DNA from: Lama glama
Taxonomy: Eukaryota
Assembly (NCBI GenBank): GCA_028534125.1
Contig: CM052818.1
Location: 3,164,001-3,228,000, forward strand
Direction of reading: 5' to 3'
DNA length: 64,000 nt
The translations under genes and the position numbers were made by a program. The notes below the pieces were generated by a model that worked only from the letters and a program-made list of their open reading frames with translations, was not told the DNA's origin and did not search any database. This document shows positions 26,241 through 39,700 of this stretch, one piece after another. The stretch's first letter is position 1; every line of letters starts with the position of its first letter.

Positions 26241-26249
26241 TCAGGGTAC

Positions 26250-27390
26250 CATAGCAGAGATACAACAGATTCTCGCAAAATAATACATGGTTTCCCAGTA
26301 GTGCAGATCATCAGTTTTCATTCTTCTCTTTGTGTTCTAGTTCATGGTTACAGATGTATTCATGAATTATCAAATATTCACAGCTTTTGCACATGACAGC
26401 TTAGGAAATGACCTTTTTCAATATTAAAAGACATATTACTGTCAAGTTTACATTTTTGTATCTGTATCAAGCATAATTCTTTCTAAAGTCAATATATATT
26501 TAATCCTAGAATTACAAATAATTCTGCTTTCATAGAAATATGTCATTATGTTTAAACTTTTAAAAAATAACATTTTGGATTTATTTAAATGTTCGAGGTT
26601 GATTCATTATAATTTATATTTTGCCTTTTAATTTCAATATTTTTAATATCTTAGAAATATAATCTGAAAACATGAAAATTTAAATTTTTTAATATTTTAC
26701 ATTAATTTACATTTTTATAAGTTATTCAACTTTTATACACTTCAAATACAGTTTTTTTTTTTTTGGTCAAAAGTCAAAGTTTGTTTTCTATCACTTTTTT
26801 TTCAAGTTGTAGTCACTTACATTTTTATTTTTAATCCTTAGGTAAACACTATATAATAGGAATATAACACAAGCTAAAAATGTAACTTTAAAATTCCATA
26901 GTAGCCACATCTTAAAAAGTAAAAGACATAGGTGAAATTAATTTAATAATATATTTTATTTAACCCAATGTATCCAAAATATTGTCATTTCAATATATAA
27001 TCAAAACAAAAATTATCAGGGATAGTTTGCATTTCTTTTGTAACAAGTCTTCAAAATCCATGTATATTTTATACTTATAACACATCATTAGAGGCTTTGC
27101 CAAAATGAGTACAAGAAAAATAATTGTATGGAATGTGTGATAATTTAAGAATTGTATCATTATTTTATTACTTTCTATTACTAGTTTATCAAATTACAGC
27201 CCAATATATGTAAAAGTAATTAAATTCAGTCAACTTTGGTATTTTGCAGACTTTCTATTGTATAAAAACCACAGTTTCACTCACAGTTTGCAGTTTTGTT
27301 GTTATGAAGGTTTGTGACGCATGGTATGTGGCCTCCATTTACACTCTCGTCCCAAGTTCCAGAACTGCTACGGGGGGTTGGGGGGCCTGA
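26250..27390. mobile_element. AT-rich hAT DNA-transposon fossils (Tip100/Zaphod-like, with a MER33-like piece at ~26840-27085)
   Basis: Tip100-like terminus ggcctccatttacactctcgtccc...ggggcctg at ~27330-27390; MER33-like aggtgaaattaatttaataatatattttatttaacccaa. Confidence 0.4.
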
Positions 27391-28792
27391 TTACTTTTTC
27401 TCCACCGCGTGACCAGGTGCAGTTGGAGGGAGAATCTTCAGGCAACTTAGAAGAAGCCTGCTGTGTTAGTGCTTACCGCTGTGCTTTCTTATTCCTGAGT
27501 ATCTTCCCATGTTCCCTCTATGATTCTCCTCAGCCTTTTCCTTTTCAGTGAAATAAATATTGTTGACTGTTATTTTTGCCATCTGTAAAGACTTTCACAT
27601 ATACACGTACTTGATGTAGAGTAAACCCCATGAGGTAGGAAATAGCAGATAAGGAAACTGGCTGAGAGAGATTAGGTGATGAGACAGTATCAGTTAGTAA
27701 CCGGGGCTTCTCATTCTAAGTTCTTGCTATTTCTACTTCATTTTGTCGCTACTCTGTATAAGGCTCTGTGCGAGGCTCTGGACGATGCAGTCGTGGGGGA
27801 TCAACTCTCACTGCCTCAAGTCTATGCTTTATTAGGAGAGGTAAGACAAACAAGATGTATGGGTCTCAGAGATGTGTGCCTCCAGGGCTGTGGTTCTTTA
27901 GAGAAGAAAAATATTTCAACTACTTGGGAGAAAAGAAAGTCTTCATGGAATAGGAAGGATTTGGGTTGGGCTTTGATTTGAACCAGGATACATAGGAGTT
28001 AGGGAAGCATGTTAAGTAGAGCAAACAGTATGAGCAAAGAAGGAGAAAACTGGTTCAGTTTGGCCGAAGCTCAGGGCCTGTGTTAGGAAAAGTAGACAAT
28101 GTGGGAAAGGAGAGGGCTATTTTGCTGAGGCCTTGGATGTCAGGTTTGGGGTTCTGCATTTTATTTTGGTGGCAGTGATGAACCCCTGAAGACTTTGCAG
28201 GCAAGAAATAGGCATTCTGGGAGCTCTGCATTAAAAAGAGGAAAAGTCAGAAGCATGGAAACCAGAGAGACGGCTATTCAGTGGTCCAGGATTCAGCTAG
28301 GGTGGAGGTGGGAAAGGAAATAGAGACATCTGTGGACACAGGCTGGCTGTAGAATCTATAGGAACTGACCACTCATTGGCTATGGAAGGGCAGAGGCATG
28401 GCTAGAGAGTCAAACAAACCAAACTTTTTTTTCTAGATACCTAGGGAAGAGTGTTTCTGTCAGCATAAGCATTGAAATCAGGAGGGTGAGGTGGTCAAGG
28501 GGAGGGGTGGGTGAGGCAGGACGAGGTGATGGAAAGTTAAGAGAATTGTTTTCTTGGACCATATTAATTGAATTTCTGGGACATCCAGGTACAAATAACT
28601 GGTCATTTGTTGGAAAATCAGTTCTGTAAGTCAGGAGATAATTTTAACACTGGGGGTAGGATTTAAGGGACTTTTGCACTGTGGTGGCATTGGAGTTATG
28701 GGAGTGAAGAAGGCAGACAGGAGAAAAGAAGACCAAAGGAAAAAGCCTCAGGAGATGTCATCTTTGAGAACTAAGAGGAAGAAGAAGAAAAG

Positions 28793-28915
28793 TTGTAGCA
28801 TGTAATGAAAAGGAATATGAAAACAAAGATAAGTATGTAAATGCATGACTGAAACATGCTGCATACCAGAAACTGACACATTGTAACTGACTATACTTCA
28901 AGTTAAAAAAAATAA
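28793..28915 (+). mobile_element. Very short L1 3' end
   Basis: ...gaaactgacacattgtaactgactatacttcaa plus A tail; TSD AAGAAGA(A/G)AAGT. Confidence 0.7.
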
Positions 28916-29965
28916 AGAAGAGAAGTGAGGGAGGAGAAATAGTAGCCAGGGAAGGGGGAGAGCCTTTGTGAGTGAGAACCTGAAGGCAGACCCCAGATGT
29001 CTAACTCTTGAGTCCCCCACATCCATCACTATGCCCGGCATACAGCAGGCTTTCAGTGCATGTTTGCTAATTGAGTGAGTAAACATGAATAAACCAGAAG
29101 AGAGAGAATATATCCCTCACCCTCTGCAAAAAAAAAAAGGAAAAGAGGCTTTGCAGAAGATGATTAATAATGTAATTGCTGCTGACAGGAAAAGAACAAT
29201 GTTGACCAGTAAGAAGCCCTCAGCTTTCTCACTCTTCTTTTTCTCAAAGCTCAGGTGGTCACAGGAACATGGTCCAGGTCGGGCAGAGGGTGACCACAAC
29301 CACCCAACAGGAGGGCGCTCTCCCAGGGAAGAGTTGGGCCCTAAGGATAATGGCAGGGAGGAGTAGCTGCTGTTGGAAAGTTCATCAAATGAGGCCAGCT
29401 TGGTGCTTTCCTGGCCCTCTTCTTCTCTCCCCTTTGACTCATGAAGTTCCCAGTGTTTGGGTGCTGGGTCCTTCCCTCTGAGTCAGGAAAGAATCCTTTC
29501 TCATCCTTTAGCTGACTAAAGGGAGGGACCTGTGTTGGTTTCTTTTAATGCTGGACTTCCAATGAGTTGAGGAGGCAGAGAACACCGATGGGTAGAATCT
29601 GGCCTTACACAGAGTGAGGCAAGTGGTCCCTGAACTGAAGGCATCCTCAGCCCTGGCTGCCTACATAACTCTCTTTTACTGAATGTACAGAAGGCTGTGG
29701 CTTTTCCCTCCAAGGTAGGGTCCTGGAAGTAAATGAAGAGAGGTAGTTTGTGATGCAACAAAACAGGGTTTTAGCTAACCATCCTCTCTCCTGTTTGAGC
29801 TCCTGAACAGGCTAAGAGCTTCCTAGACGTGTATGAAGGGAGACGGAATGGGGTCGCCACAGTAAGACTGGCTGGTCACCCACAGCGATTTCCTGTGGTG
29901 TCAACTCACCTGGCTCGAGATCCTATTTAGTAACACACACAGAGTGGAGCAGGGGTCACATTTTG

Positions 29966-29967
<2 letters not shown>

Positions 29968-30009
<42 letters not shown>
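29968..30009. repeat. (GT)n microsatellite
   Basis: About 21 uninterrupted GT units. Confidence 0.95.
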
Positions 30010-30010
<1 letters not shown>

Positions 30011-30109
30011 GCACCATTAGAGCAGAAGGCAGAGACCAGAAGACTGAGGATTTAGCTCAGTCTCAGTTAGTCTCTTCCCCGCCCCCAACTAGATCAAGGA
30101 TCAAGTTTT

Positions 30110-30330
30110 CCCAGACTGAGAAATGCAGGGCCCAGGCACCTGTGAGGGTCTGCACTTACCCCTTGATTATCCCCATGCCCAAGAGTGCAACAAAAAATAG
30201 CAAATAAAAAACACCATCACAGGTAGAGAGAGAGAGACTGTAGGGAAACACTTTTTTCCTTCTTTTATAAAAAAGGGGCCCCACATTTTCATTTCGCCCT
30301 GGGCCCCTGCAAATATGCAGCTGAACCTGC
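30110..30330. mobile_element. MER45-like hAT-Tip100 element
   Basis: End motif ggggccccacattttcatttcgccctgggcccctgcaaatatgcagctgaacctg. Confidence 0.55.
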
Positions 30331-32079
30331 TGGCAGATAAAGCATTCCTGAAGGAGTTAGCCAAAGTCTAAGAATATTCTGGGGGGTTTGTGGCTTAAGT
30401 AAGAATGTCAGTCAGCCCTGCCCAAGTTTGGAACAACGTTGGGGCTATTTCAGCCACATGAAATGTCAACAATAGTGGTAAGGGACCATTACCAAAGCAA
30501 ATACGAAGTGACTGTACATGTGATAAGGAAGAAAAATCAGACTTGCTAGAAGGCGGTTGTGGCTATTCAGTTTCATTAGGAAGAGGGAAAATGTGGGTAG
30601 AAAAGGCTGTCTGGCTAGCTCCCCCTTGAAGCCAGAACTCAGTTTGTTTAGCCTGATAATCTGGGATCAGATCTGACCATCAAAACTGGAAAAATCCTGA
30701 TTTGAAGAGAGTCGATCTCCTCACACCTTCAGTATTAGGCACCGCCAATTCTGGTTATGGCCAATTTGTTACTGAATAATCATATCATGTGTTTATTTTC
30801 ATTCAGTTCCTAGGATAGTTGAACTGACTTCAAATGGGTCTCCCTTTAAAAAAAAATAACTTCAGATGTTTTTGTCTTTTTTTGGATTTCCCAGTCATAT
30901 TCCTCATTTTATAATTTATTTGCAAACACTTCCTACATATCAAAAATAACATTTTGTTTATCATATATTTTGCAAATAGTTTTTACCAGTTCGTCCACTC
31001 TTTTAACTTTGTCCCTCTGGAATGTCTCCAAACTACATCATCTGATGAGAATGAATGAGGTCACACTAACAGTCATACCAAAATCTCATTAATTCAAATT
31101 AATAATCACCTAATTTACCACTAGTAATCATCAACATTTACTGAGCATGTACTAAATGCTTCATCTGCCGTTAATCATCACAGTTACCCTATAGAATAGG
31201 TACTGCTGTTCATTCCATTTTATAAATAAACAGATAAGAGAGGATAAGTAATTTGTGATTACACAGCCTAGTAAGGTATGGAATATGGGTCTTGAGCCCA
31301 GACGTGCCCAACACCCATCCCAGGTTCCAACCCTGCACTGTCCAATACAGTAGACATCTCTGGCTACTGAGCACTCAAAATGTGGCCAGCCAAATTTTGA
31401 AGCCCAATTATGAAAGAATGGGAGATAACCTCTTTATTAATTTTTAAATTGATTACATGTTAAAATAGTATTTTTAATACATTAGGCTAAGTAAAATTGT
31501 TTATTGCTTAAAATTTTTTTAACGTGGCTGCTAGAAATTTTTACATATGAATCACTACATTTTTATTGACAGGACAGGTGTATCCACTTTCCTCCAGGGC
31601 CTTCACTCAGGTGAAGAGTCTTTGTGTCCCATTGAGTCTTTTCCAGTTACATCTCACTGTTGGCTGCTTTTATTTTATTTTTTAAATTTTTGTTGTTTTT
31701 GATGGTGTAAACAACAAACATTTATTTCTCAATTTTGCAGACTGGGAAAGCCAAGATCAAGGTGCTAGCAGATTCAGTGCCTATTGAGAGCCCTCTTGCT
31801 GGCTTTGCAGATGGTGGAGCATAATTTTGCTGTGTTCTCACGTGGAGGAGAGCGAGCCTGGTGGCTTCTTTTAGATTTGTTGTTAAACTATTTTACCGCA
31901 GTAATAATAATAGGAATGAAGTTTTCATATTTGTTGCAATATGGGTGAATCTTGAAAACATTTGCTAAGCAAAGTAAACCTGCCGCAAGAAGCCAAATGT
32001 TGTACGCTTCCTTACATGAGATATCTAGAATGCGCAAGTGGGTAGAGAGGGAGGGTAGATAAGAGGTTACTAGAAACTG

Positions 32080-32620
32080 AGGGGCGCGGGGGAGTGGGGT
32101 GAAAAAGAAAAAGAGGTGCGGAGCAAATGGCTGCTGGAAGAAGAGCCGGGCAGCGGGCGGCCGCTGGGAGGAGAGGGACCGGGCGCCGGCGCGGGTGCGT
32201 GCGGGGCCCCAGGGCTCCGCGCCTGGCGCAGGCGTCTTTGTCCGGCCGGGAGGCAGCAGCTGCCTGGCGACAGCGAGGCGCGACGCGGCCCAGGCCGGGG
32301 AGCTCCGCCTGCGGGAGAACGCGAGCCAGGGCGGGCGGGCGGTGGGGCGAGGCTCCGGGGGGACCGGGTCCCCGCCCGCGCACCCTCCCCTGCCCTTCCG
32401 CGGGCGCTGGCGGCGCAGCGCGCCCTCCCCTCTCCCCGTCCTCCTCTAACAAAGGGCCCAGAGGCAACCCACACCGCGCGCCCCTCGCCGCGCTGACGCC
32501 CACGAGGTGGAAATAACGCTGCCGGGCGCCCTCACTGCTCCGGGGATACTCTGCCTGCACCCAGGACCCCCTTGCCTCGGGGTCTTTATCGCCGATCCCG
32601 GGTCCTAGGCGGTTTCTGCT
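32080..32620. promoter_or_regulatory. Second intergenic CpG island, probable lncRNA promoter or enhancer
   Basis: GC- and CpG-dense; YY1-like AAATGGCTGC near 32125 and NRF1-like GCGCAGGCG near 32227. Position roughly fits human LINC01816 (recalled, not verified). Confidence 0.8.
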
Positions 32621-32754
32621 TTTGTTTTGCACTTGCTCCTTTTACTCTGTAAGTAGGAAGGATTTTCCCCCTCTCCTTTCCTTCCACTATCTTCCACTGT
32701 CCCAATTTTAACCTATATACTTCCTTGATTCTCCCCATGACCACGTAAAATCAC

Positions 32755-32767
32755 TCACACACACACT

Positions 32768-32802
<35 letters not shown>
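32755..32802. repeat. (CA)n microsatellite
   Basis: Long CA run with a CTCT interruption. Confidence 0.95.
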
Positions 32803-32804
<2 letters not shown>

Positions 32805-35171
32805 TGTGCTTTTTGTTTTCCCAAATTGCGTTACATAATACACACCACTCTGCATCCTGTATTCCTGATATATCATGGAAACCTCAAGTCCCAGTTGGTA
32901 TTCACTCTAATAGTGGCTGACTTCTAATCCATGGCATGAAGGCACCTCGGTTTACTCAGTAATTCTGTCGTTTATGCTTTTTCCTTTTGTTTCCTGTGCG
33001 TTACCACGCTAAACGGTGCTGCCTTGAACATAACAGCCCCCAGAGCCGGCACAATTCCCGTTTTCACCAGTAAGCTCTGAGGGGTCATTCTCCCCAGGCC
33101 CACGAGCATCTTGCCGGCCAGCCAGCTGTCAATGTCACTTCATCACGCCTGCTCGCGGAGATGGAATCCCCCGGCGACGCTCCCTCCATTTTCCTCCTTT
33201 CCGCCCTGCTACTCCTGAAGGTCTTTTCTCCTCCCTTACACGACTAACTTCCTCCTGGGCCTCAGAGTTCTCTCCTCCCACTCCCGGGCCCTGTTTCACC
33301 CTTCCCCCTCACATTTTCAATTTCATCTTCCAAAGGTGCTCAAGTCTCCCCTTCCTAGGGAAAGAAAGAACCTGTTATTCCCTTACGTTATTGTCTTGCT
33401 TCTTTCCTTCCATTTTCTATACAACTTGAAAAAGGTTTTCTGATCATTTTGCTATTAGTTATTGCATGCCCATGGCTCATGATCCAAAGGGATGGTATAA
33501 AAGGGAGAAACAAAAGACCCCTGCCTGTTCAGCACCCAAATGCTCCGAGTGATACTACTTTCTTGTGTATTTTTCCAGGAGAATTATAGCAACATATGTA
33601 TCTTTCACAGACAGTAGCCATACGAGCAGGCTGCTCTTCCAGGCTGCAGGACATTTTGGAAGTCTCCCTGCTCTCTGGATCCTCTCCAACTTCTCGCCCC
33701 CTCTCCCCTTCTGCTCTCTTCACACCACCTACGCTGCCTTCTCTAGGGGGCAGGACACTCAGGTCCAGTGCCTTCCTCTAGATTGCCTCGCATATCTGAT
33801 CAGGTGCCCTGTCCTGGCAGTGTGACCTTTGCAGTATTTATTTCTCTGATTCCTCCTCTTTGTTCCTCTGACTCCTCCTTCTCTGGGCCTCATTTGTCAC
33901 CTTGCCAGGCCACTGCAGGAGCCTCCTGGCTGGCACCTCATCAGCTCTGTGCTGATCCCTCACACTGTTGCGGGGCGTTGATCCAGTACTCCATAGCAAA
34001 TACTATGCCAAGGACAGGCCCCTTCATTTCGGGAGATTGATAAAGTTTGTTGCATGGAAGGAGCACTGGCCTGGGTGACCAGAGGCCAGGGTAGAAACAA
34101 GACCCTGCCCTTTCCTTGCCTGGGACCGCCTCCAGCAAATTCCTCCCCATCTCTGGTTTCCTCCAAGGCCCTTCTGGCTCTAGCCTCTGTGAGGCTACAA
34201 TTACCATTCCATTCCTTCCAGCCCCACCCCATCTCCCGCTCCCTGTGCTGGTCCTTTCCCCAGTCAGCCACACTTTCCTTTCCCTCTCCCTGCGCCTCTG
34301 GAAAGCCTTCTTTCTTATTCTGAGTATCCAGATCCTGCTCTTCCTCGAAAAACTTGACTTTTAGTTTTTGTTTTTTCTCGAAAAGCGTCTGCCGTGTCCC
34401 CCGATGATGAGAAGACCTGCTTTGTCCTTACAGGCCCTGTGGTAGCACTTTGTATCACAGTAGCAGCACTGACCACTCTGCCTTGTAGACTTGTTCCAGA
34501 TCTGACCTTCTACTGTCATCTACCTCTCCCCCTCGACCCTAGCATAATACTTTGTACGTGGCAGTTATGGTTTTGGGAGTCCCAAGGCCTGGGCCCAAGT
34601 CTCACTCTGACACTCAGTAATTATTATCTTGAACGTGCCACACAGCCTTTCTGAGTCTCAGTTTTCCCCAATGTAATACGGGAGTAATAACTTGTTTCAT
34701 AGTGTTGATTAAATGACATGTGAGAAAGTGCTTTGTGAACCGTATAGCTATATACTGCTGTATATAATAATAGAAAAGATAAGATGCTGGCAAGATTGAT
34801 TGCCTTTCCAAAGAAGAAAAAAAAACAAAAACTGGAGGCATCTTTGAAAATGAAAGAGCTTTTTTCCTCTTTTATAGTCTCAAAGTTTGGGGACTGCATT
34901 CGAATTCTTCATTTTAGATCAAATATGTGATATTAAATATAATAATTAAAGCTAGAAATAATCTAAATTTTAAACAATGGGGGAATGCTCAAAGGGTGGT
35001 TAGTTAATGGGAATAATATGTAGTCATTAAAATTATATTTTTGAAGAAGGTTTAATGACATAGGAAGCTAGTCATAATTTGACATGAAAGTTAAAAAGCA
35101 GTATACTAAATAGTGCATATGGAAAGGAGGTATAAGAGAGGAAGAGGCTTCCCCTACCTCTCTTCATAGCT

Positions 35172-35295
35172 ATTTTTTTTTCTGGGGGAGTAAGTAATTA
35201 GGTTTGTTTATTTTTAGAGGAGATACTGGGGATTGAACCCAGGACCTCACGCGTGCTAAGCATGCCCTCTACCACTTGAGCTCTACCCTCCCCCC
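35172..35295 (-). mobile_element. tRNA-Ala-derived SINE
   Basis: tactggggattgaacccaggacctc...ctaccctcccccc; TSD TCTTCATAGCT. Confidence 0.88.
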
Positions 35296-36099
35296 TTCTT
35301 CATAGCTTTTTAGTAGGCTTCCAAATGGGGCACCTGGTGCCAGAGAACTTGGAACACATTCCAGGGCCAGAGTCTTACACAAATAGCTCACTCCCTGCCT
35401 CCCAAAAGTCAGGGATTCAGGATGAACCGGAGCCTAGTGCCTCAGGGGAGGCCACAGCCTGCCCCAGATCCAGGGCCAGCCTTTGGTCTGCCTGTGTTCC
35501 CCTGGCTGACGGTCCAGGTTGTCTCTCCACCACTTTTTTCAGCTGGACTGTGGACTTAAGACAAATAGAAGCCCCCTCCAGGATCTGCTTTGACAGTTTC
35601 CAGACTGGGTTTACAGGAAAGCTCCCTCCAGCCAAAACACAGGCTCCACATACAAACCCTGGAGAACTAAGCTCCAGAAAGAAGGGCCACAGGAGTGGGG
35701 AAAAATGAGCTGTCTCAGGTGGCTGGGGAAGCTCCAGGGACTCAAGAGAGAAGGTAGCGTTTATGCTGGCCATGGAAGGATGGGAGGAATTTGGCAAGTG
35801 GAGATACGATCATCAAAATAAAGCCCTAGGGTTGTTACCGTATCCACATTTTACATCCCAGGGTGAGGGAGGGGAGATGTTTGTTTAAAATAGCTTTCCC
35901 TCTTACTACAACTTTCATTGTAGAAAATGGGGGAAAATGAAGATTAAAAAAAAGTAATAGTCTCCTATAACCTATACCAACTTAGAGCAGTGGTTTTCAA
36001 CCCTGGTTAGAATCTCCTGGGGAGCTTTTAAGAAACACCGTGAACTATCTGCATGCAGACAGAACTGATTTACTTGAGATGAGGTGCGGTCCCAATGCA

Positions 36100-36750
36100 C
36101 GTGCACAGACACACTCCAACCATTAGCAAATCCTGCCAGTCTGCCTTCGAAGTATGTCTAGGATATGAACACTTGTTACCACCTCCTCTGTTATCACCCT
36201 GGTCCAAGCCACTGCCTTCTGCCTGTATTGTTGCTCTTAGCCTCCTAACTAGTCTCGTGTTTCTATCTTCAGCCCCCATGCCTGACCCCTAAGTCTGTTC
36301 TCTACATTGCACTCTCCAGAGTGATTCTTTAAGAGTATAGGTTAGATCATATCCCTTCTCTACTCAAAATCCCACCATGACTCCCCATCTCACTCAGAGT
36401 AGTAGGCAAATCCTTAGAATGGCTACAGTGTCTTCATGACCTGACCTGGCTACTCCACTGACCTGTGTTCTCCACCCTCCCCTTTGCTCACTGCATTCTA
36501 GTCATACTGCCTCTTTGCTGTTCCTTAAACACAGCAAGCATATTACTGCCTCAGGACCTTTGCACTTGCTGTTCCCTCTGCTTAGACTCCTTTGGTAGTT
36601 CTCACCTTTCCTTCAGGTCTCTGACAAACATCAGTCATTAGAGGGGTCTTCCCTGATCAGCCTCAATAAACCTGCAAAGCCCCCTCATCTCCCATACTCC
36701 CTGTACTTTCTTACTTGCTTTACTTTTCTCTAGGAAAGTTCACCACCACA
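36100..36750 (+). mobile_element. L2 fragment
   Basis: gcaaatcctgccagtctgcc, tcagg(a)cctttgcacttgctgttccctctgc and other typical L2 3' motifs. Confidence 0.7.
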
Positions 36751-39700
36751 CCTACGATATCTCTTTTGTTCATCTCAGGCCCCAGTTTAAAGTCTCACAA
36801 AGTCTCTCATGAAAACAGTTTTTCTGCCTCTGTCTCAAACCTTTCTTTCCATTGATATTCAACAGTACCATTGTCTGCCTTTCCCAGCTCCCAATCCGGT
36901 GTTCCCCAAGCTCCTCCTTCCTCCTGCCTTCACCTGTCAGCTCAGGAAGATGACCTCCTAGAGGAGTCACCAGGCGTCCAGCCCCACAAATGGTCCAAAC
37001 CCTAAGTCTAGGCAAGGGTTTGCTAGGAGACTCTGCTCTGCATGTACTTTTTTTTCCCCTTCCTTCCTTCCTGTCTGTCTGTCTGTCTATCTATTTATCT
37101 ATCTATCTATTTTGCTTTCTACACAAAGGTGATCATGACATTCCTATTGTTGGGCAGTTAGGGTGTTTTCCAAGTTTTTACTCTTGTAGGCAGCCTTGAA
37201 CACACCCATGATTGTTTCCTTGAGATAAATTATTTGGAGAGGAATTATTGAGTCAAAGGGTACACAATTTTCAAGGCTTCTGGTATGTAGTGCCAATTTT
37301 TCCACCAGTTTATCTAATTATAGTCCCACCAGCTGTATGTAATGCCTTTTAGATTCTTACATCCTTGACAAAACAGGGTAGTTAAAAAACATTGGGAGGT
37401 GAAAAAAAAGGGTATTTTGTTTTAATTAACATTATTGGTGAAGCTGGACATCTTTTCTTCTCTTCCCCTTTTTTCAGTGGTTTGCCTCTGCCCTTTTCCC
37501 TTTTATTGGGATATTTAGACTTTTGATTTATAATCATTTTTATATTTACTCTTTGTAATATATGTTTTTTTCCAGTTTGTTTCTTACCATTCAATTCTGT
37601 TTTACACTTTTTAATGTAGAAAATTTAGAAATATTTTCAAAACCAAATTTCTAAATGTTTTCTTTGCAGCTTTTGGTTTTGGTTTCATGCTTGTAGGTGG
37701 AAAGTTTTAAATAGCCCCCATGATATTCCCTGACAGCTGAGACCTACTATTAAGTGGAGAGGATTATAAACCCAGGCATTCCAGCTCTCAATCCACCTAG
37801 CCAGTGACTTTCAAACTTGCTTTTTTTCTTTTTTAAATTGTGACTTGTATTAAAAAAATAAATTTTACATTGCATATCACTACTGACAAAAATATTTATT
37901 TAAAAAATATATTTTGAAATGTTTCATGAAACATTGCTTACCCTAACTACACGTGGTATAGTCTATTTCCTGTTTGACTAGTTTTAGTCTGTTCTATTTA
38001 ATTAAAAAAAAAAAAGTGTCAGTCTTGACTCAGTAAATTAACTTAACGACCCATCAGTGGAGCCTGACCCAGAGTTTGCAAAGCACAGATCAAAACCATG
38101 AAGAGGCTGATTGTCTCTCTCCCCAAATCTTACCCACTTCCATGCCACTTTCACTCATCTCCCACGCCGAGGGGTGATGGAGAGGCCAGACAATCATCAA
38201 TCCACAGAGAACACTGAAGACCTTGTATGTAAGCACTGAGGCTGAACTAAGCTTTGATTGATATCTAACAGGCAAAAGCAAAAACTGGTTTTGGATTTCA
38301 ATCCTGAGGTTTAGAAGTAAAGTTCTTTCTAGTTCCATGGTCCTCAAATCCTCACCCTAACTATACTCACTTCAATGTAGTCCTAGAAAACTCCTCTTGT
38401 CTACCATGTAATCCTGGATTTGGCAACAAATGGTCAGCAGGATCTGCTCCAGCTCAGCTGTTCTTGCAATTAGAGCCCAAGAAAAGGGTGACACTATTTT
38501 CTTGGGCAGAGAAGCTAATCCAGTGCATTATTTAAAGGTACACTGGCATGGAGAAGCCAGCTCCCCCCATGTAAAGGTGGGGAATCATTAGGTAACATAC
38601 TCTGAAAGGAGGCTGATGACATAAAGTGACTAAAGATGTGCTGAATCCCCTAGAAAGTCCTCATAAGATAGGTCAGCCTAGGATTTGGGGTCAGAAGACC
38701 AGAACTCACGCCCTCATTCTGTCTGGGATTTCCCAGTATTCTGTTCTAGGCCAAGTCAAAACTCTTCTATGCCTCATTTTTCTCCTCCATAAATGGTTTT
38801 TTTATTTCATATTATTTTTAATTGAAGTATAGTTGATTTAACATGTTGTGTTAGTTTCTGGTGTACAGCACGGTGATTCAGTTACACATGTATATTGCTT
38901 TTCGTATTCTTTTTCATCACAGGTTATTACACATGAATAGTTTTAATAATAGCAGCTCCCTCAGGATTGTAGAGAGAGGCAGCTGAAATAGCAGGAAGGT
39001 GCCACTGTGGATTCACATGCAGGCCTTCCTGACTTGGAACAGCTGGCCGAACCACTGGCCGTTTCATTTAGTTAGTGCCTTGTGCCTACAAGTTGAACCT
39101 GAGTTAGAGCTAATGGTTCTAATAGCCTTAAATGAGCTTTAGAATTTAGGCCAGGCACCTCTGGTAATTATTTGATAGGACTGGCCAGGCAGGGCAGATT
39201 TCTATGCAAGGAGCCCAAATGCACAGCTTAGCGGAGTCAAATGCATGGCAAACATTTTAATTTTCTTTTTTAGAGAGCCTTCAGGGGTTCCTGGAGAGTG
39301 AGCACAGCCTGCCACCCAGGCAGCCCTGGGCTTTCTAGATTGTAGGCCTTCATATTTCCCTGCCCTGAGCAGCCCTCTGACCCACTCAACCCCCAAGGGT
39401 GCCTTTGGAAGGTAAGTTCCACAGTAGCCACCTTGGTGCAGATAAAATGAGTTCTAACACTTTCAGGGGCCCACTGAGGTCAAAACTGCAGATATGCTGC
39501 CAAAGTTTGTATGTAACTCCAGATAATGGATGAAACTATGAATGGAACAATATGCAAAGCTTTGGCTGAATTTATAGCTCAGAGCATCTCTAAGGGGTCT
39601 CTCAGGGTACCAGGGCATCCCTGTTGTGTTCTTCCCTCCCCTAGAAAATATGTGTCCCCTCTGGGGACACATCTGGGGGTCTGCCTGGCTCACAATGGTT

